A stretch of 64,000 nt of DNA, from the NCBI GenBank assembly GCA_951406725.2, contig OX597831.1, positions 30,318,001 to 30,382,000 on the forward strand. The letters are read 5' to 3'. Below the pieces are notes generated by a model, which was not told the origin of the DNA, did not search any database, and saw nothing but the letters and a program-made list of their open reading frames with translations. Numbering within the stretch: the first letter of the stretch is position 1; each line of letters opens with the position of its first letter. Shown here in pieces: positions 58,984-64,000 of the stretch. This stretch comes from Octopus vulgaris. Lineage: Eukaryota. The translations under genes and the position numbers were made by a program.

Positions 58984-59250
58984 GCTTCTATTTAACTAGG
59001 ATAGAGACGAAGCCTTGATATACACAATACCACATTTGCACACTATCTTATAATTGAATTTCATGACTGTTTTCCATTCCAAGGGAATTGTTGTTTCCAA
59101 TACTATAGCCACGTTCTGGTGACGTGATGTAAAATTTTCAACGAAATATTGGACAGGGAAGTTTGAATTCGTGTGCTATTTGATCTTACATATAGGTACT
59201 ATAGCGATGTGCTATTTCGTGTACATAGCTATTTGTATATATAATAAAAC

Positions 59251-59633
59251 GGAGGTGCAATGGCCCAGTGGTTAGGGCAGCGGACTCGCGGTCATAGGAT
59301 CGCGGTTTCGATTCCCAGACCGGGCGTTGTGAGTGTTTATTGTGCGAAAACACCTAAAGCTCCACGAGGCTCCGGCAGGGGATGGTGGTGATCCCTGCTG
59401 TACTCTTTCACCACAACTTTCTCTCACTCTTACTTCCTGTTTCTGTTGTACCTGTATTTCAAGGGGCCGGCCTTGTCACTCTCTGTGTCACGCTGAATAT
59501 CCCCGACAACTACGTTAAGGGTACACGTGTCTGTGGAGTGCTCAGCCACTTACGCGTTAATTTCACGAGCAGGCTGTTCCGTTGATTCGGATCAACCGGA
59601 ATCCATGTCGTCGTAACCGACGGAGTGCTTCCA
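59251..59633 (+). mobile_element. SINE family C, full length, with TSD
   Basis: Reverse complement of 54388-54768 with few changes; ATATAATAAAACGGA duplicated at 59239-59253 and 59633-59647. Confidence 0.92.
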
Positions 59634-59676
59634 TATAATAAAACGGATATAAGTTCATACATACTTACATACATAT

Positions 59677-59744
<68 letters not shown>

Positions 59745-60630
59745 TCCCTTACTCTTTTACTTGTTTCAGTCATCTGACCGTAGCCATGCTAGAGCACCGC
59801 CTAGCACACACATGCAGAAATAAAGGACGTGCATATACACATATGTGCGTAGGCATATGTACATACGTATGTGTGTGTGCGTTTGTGCCAGCGTACGTGT
59901 GTGTGTGTGTGTGTATGTTTATACACACACACAAACACACATATATATATATATCCACCGTCCAACTGATTTGCTAACCGACTTTATATCTTTACGAAAT
60001 AAATTGTCTTAAGTAACCATAATTTACTTCCTCGTTGCTTACGTTATATCTTTCATATTTAATAGAGAAACGAACGGTTGGAACGTGAAATGAGTAGCAG
60101 CAGACTGCGCTCCACGGATGGCATTTATATTGCAAAATGTGGCACTCTCAAAGAAATTTAATAGTAGTTTTGACATCTTTACCAATATCACACAATTAGT
60201 GCGTCTATAGTATTGCCAAACATCTGTCGACTGACTTTGTTCGTCTCTGTATCAACATTATGTCGACCACATCCTACGACGTAGTAATCATATCGTGTTC
60301 AAAATGGAAAACTCCACAAAGATATCACCCTATCACCACTTCTCAACCATTTGAGAAGTGTTCGTTTCTGCTTTTGCAACCAATCATTACATCAAACCAG
60401 AATTCTGTGGCTTTCAGATCGTTTAGACATCTATGTGTGTCTGTGTGTGTGTGTGTGTTTGGTTGTTTGCGTGTGTATATGTATCTGTGTGAGCGTGTGT
60501 GTGAGAGAGACAGAGAAAGAAGGAGGGAGACAGAAAGGAGAGAGAGAGAGAGGGCGAGGGAAAGAAAGAGATTCATATATATGTATATATATACATATAT
60601 ATTATTTCAACGTATATCTATCTAATACAT

Positions 60631-60661
<31 letters not shown>

Positions 60662-60824
60662 CACACTCACACAAACACAAAGGCACACTTACAAACATAT
60701 ACATACATATATTTATGTATATATGTATGTATATATATGCATATATACATATACATATAAATATAAATATATATATATAAATATATGTATACAAATATAT
60801 ATATACAAATATATATATATATAA

Positions 60825-60921
<97 letters not shown>

Positions 60922-61279
60922 TATATGTATGTATGTATGTATACCTTATATTGATCATTCGCATTCCGCTGAGAGTGTACACATTTGTCTAGATCCATAG
61001 GAGCCAGTAACCACTTAGAGTAATTTTACTTTGAAGAAATCTACGAGGTGATGTTGCTCGAGCACATTTTCTCTTCATTAAGACATCAGTATAACTCTAC
61101 TACCGCTCTCTTCAATGGCGTTGAGCATCAGAAGAAGGAAGAGGAGGAATGCAGTATCTTGAATTTGAGATAAAGGCGGAAAGAGCTGGTTCGCGCGCGC
61201 GGGCGCGAAACGCAGAAGGCGACATCAAAGCGTGTTGTGGCGGTACTATTGTCGGTTCCTGGCGAGAACAACAAAGGAA

Positions 61280-61280
61280 C

Positions 61281-61312
<32 letters not shown>

Positions 61313-61605
61313 GTGGTGATGATGATGTTGATGATGATGATGATGATGTTGATGATGATGGTGATGACGATGATAAAAATGCTGATGACGGCGATTGCGA
61401 TGACCTTCGTTCTTGTGACGATGATGATGATGGATAGATGGTGGTGGTGGTGGTGGTGATGACGATGATGATGATGACGATGATGATGAAGATGATGTTT
61501 GTATTAATGATGATGATGGTTATGATAACAACGACGATCTCCACGATGGTAGTGATGTCGGCGATGGTGATGTCCATGGTGATGATGATGATGATGATGA
61601 CGATG
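61280..61605. repeat. Degenerate (GAT)n/(GGT)n repeat
   Basis: Direct reading. Confidence 0.9.
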
Positions 61606-61735
61606 AAGACCACGGCGAAAACGTCACTTATACAACGATGGCTTTCTTGTGATTACCATGTCTAATGGGGCGGGGAAAGAGAAGAAAGAGAATTGGAACG
61701 ACGATTATGATGAAGATTACAAAGATGATACAAAT

Positions 61736-62348
61736 AATCCTTTCTACGAAAGGCACAAGGCCTGAAATTCTGGGGGAGGAGACAAGTCGATTTCACCAAC
61801 TCCGGCAGAATTTGATCTCAGGACGTAAAAACACGAAACGCGGCTAAGCATTTTACCCGGTGTACTAACGACTCTACCAGGTCACCGTCTTAAATAGATC
61901 ATATAAATAATCCTTACTACTAAAGGCACAAATCCTGAAATTTTTTTTGGGGGGAGGGAACTAGTCGATTTCAAGGACCCCAGTGGTATATAATTTGTCG
62001 ACGCTGAAAGGATGGTAGGCACAGTTGACCTAGTCGGTATTTGAACTCAGAACGTAAGACGGCGAGCTGGCAGAAACGTTAGCACGCCGGGCGAAATGCT
62101 TAGCGGTATTTCGTCTGCGTTACGTTGTGAGTTCAAATTCCGCCGAGGTCGACTTTGCCTTTCATCCTTTCGGGGTCGATAAATTAAGTACCAGTTACGC
62201 ACTGGGGTCGATATAATCGACTTAATACCTATGTCTATCCTTGTTTGTCCCCTCTGTGTTTAGCCCCTTGTGGGTAATAAAGAAATAGGTATTTGAACTC
62301 AGAACGTAAGACGGGATGAAATGTCGCTAAGCATTTTAACCGGCGTGC
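61736..62348. mobile_element. Family-B SINE cluster: two - strand copies, the second interrupted by a young + copy (62060-62290)
   Basis: 27-bp duplication GGTATTTGAACTCAGAACGTAAGACGG at 62036-62062 and 62288-62314 flanks the + copy. The central domain GCCTTTCATCCTTTCGGGGTCGATAAATTAAGTACCAG resembles the Meta-SINE domain. Confidence 0.88.
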
Positions 62349-62723
62349 AGAAAGTTGAGTGTCAAAATCTGTACCAAGTCTGTTCTGAAAACATTGTGGA
62401 TTCTAAATAAGAACCAACTCTGGGAAGATACAAAGTTGTGCTTGTAGCATGGACGTTCTCTTTTATTTTTCATAATGTTTAATTTATTTTTTGTTTGTTT
62501 CTGTCATTGGACTCCGGCCATACTTTGAAGGTTTAGTCGAACAAATAGATCTCCGTGCTTACATCTTATGCCTGGTGCGCATTCTATCTTACCTTTTGCC
62601 GACCAACTAAGTTACAAGAGTGTCAATAATCTAACAGCAGTTGTCAATATTGTAAGTGCATTGTGACCAGCGATGTACAATACTATTTGCTTGTGTGATT
62701 GATATAGTGATATTCTGATACTA

Positions 62724-62759
<36 letters not shown>

Positions 62760-64000
62760 GGTCTTTCAAATTGCAATAAAGAGCCATACTACATCGATTC
62801 GTCTAGAAAAGGAAAAGTGTTCTGGGTAATAGAATCGACAGTGCATTATTTCCGAAAGATATGGCGTGTAGTAGATGTGTATACAGAGCTTTTTATCCTA
62901 TGTTAGGTAACTCTAGACATAAGAGTATCGAGTACCAGGATTCACAGAGATGGTTGCCTAGATTCCATGGCGTGTAAATGACCGAGATCTTAACATTCCT
63001 TCTGGACGGGGCTTTAGTTTGTTGCAGGGTAATTCTTTTACAGCTGAGGGAAGAGGACGTACGGGCAAATGAAGTGTCTTGCTTGAGAACACAGTGTGCT
63101 GCTTGGTGTGGGAATCGAAACTACGCTTTTGAGACAGTGAATGCAACAGACTGACAAAAATAAGAATAAAAGTCTAGCTAAGATCCAGATCAGGTGGAAT
63201 TCTACTTTAAGTACGCCATGTAATCCTTCATAATCTTTTACTTTTAGGAATAAATTGTGTTTTTTTGTTGCTAATTTGCATTCTACACGCGGGAAATCAT
63301 ATGATTGTTCTCCTCTCACCCAAAGATTTTTGATGTGTGATTTAATTTATTTAGTTGCAATTTTTAGCATATCTCACGACCATCTGATATGTTCCTCGTT
63401 TCTTTGTCATTCTGACGTTTTGATGTTTTTCAATATCTTTTTCCTCATCAACACATTTAATAGTCTATTTGCTATGATTTAAGCAAAAAACAGCGCTGTG
63501 CGTGTTGTAATATATGATTTTAAAAAAATCGAAAATTAAAAACAAAAATTCAATTCGAAAAATTAAAGAAAGAAAAGAGTTTTTCATAGTCGTATGAATT
63601 ATTGTGCGTAGAACAAAAACAAACACAAAAATTTTCTGAAAATTTTGAAACAAAATTCCAAAATGTTCTTAGTAATTATATGGCGTGCTCAAAGCAGAAC
63701 TCCGCCCCAGATTAAATTCAGGATCATCTGCCCCTTCTAATAAACGCGGTTTTCTTCTTTCAGTGGAACTGGCGTGTCCTAAACGCCAGGATACAAACGG
63801 TCTCAACTCCAAGCCGCGGTTTTTAAGGAGATAACTTATTCTTAAAGGAAATCTTTTGGAATGCTTTAAAGTTGACAAGTACGACCGTAAAATTAGGGGA
63901 TTAGAATTCAACCTCCATAGACCCACGTCGTCTAAAGTCGTCCAGCTCATATCATTATACAGTACGGCGTAGAGCTCGCCATTGCTTGCAATGGCGAACG

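Noticed and set aside
61128-61665. Poly-Asp / poly-Ser ORFs and a CpG-rich patch at ~61185-61215
   Set aside because: (GAT)n is open in several frames by construction, and the CpG patch is too short to call a promoter.

Overview
This is AT-rich, microsatellite-saturated eukaryotic DNA. It is most likely coleoid cephalopod (Octopus-like), inferred from repeat style, and probably intronic or intergenic; I cannot support any host protein-coding gene. Almost all ORFs in the track are microsatellite translations. The real coding signal is all transposon-derived: a frameshifted Penelope-like retroelement (PLE; RT + Cys linker + GIY-YIG, ~16453-20165), a 5'-truncated sister copy (56077-57580), four mariner relics, and an R4/Dong-like LINE 3' end sitting in (TAA)n. 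The window also holds at least four tRNA-headed SINE families, three non-autonomous Helitrons, a MITE, a 2.67-kb tandem duplication and an 835-bp tandem dimer. The most interesting hidden signal is about a dozen type-I hammerhead-ribozyme (HHR) motifs, some intact and some decayed, from several unrelated short non-coding elements, most lodged in or next to (TA)n. They include a tRNA-headed SINE carrying an HHR, a 491-nt terminally redundant retrozyme-like unit, and a compensated U3-A8 core variant in two unrelated families. All folds were read by eye and no activity is demonstrated.
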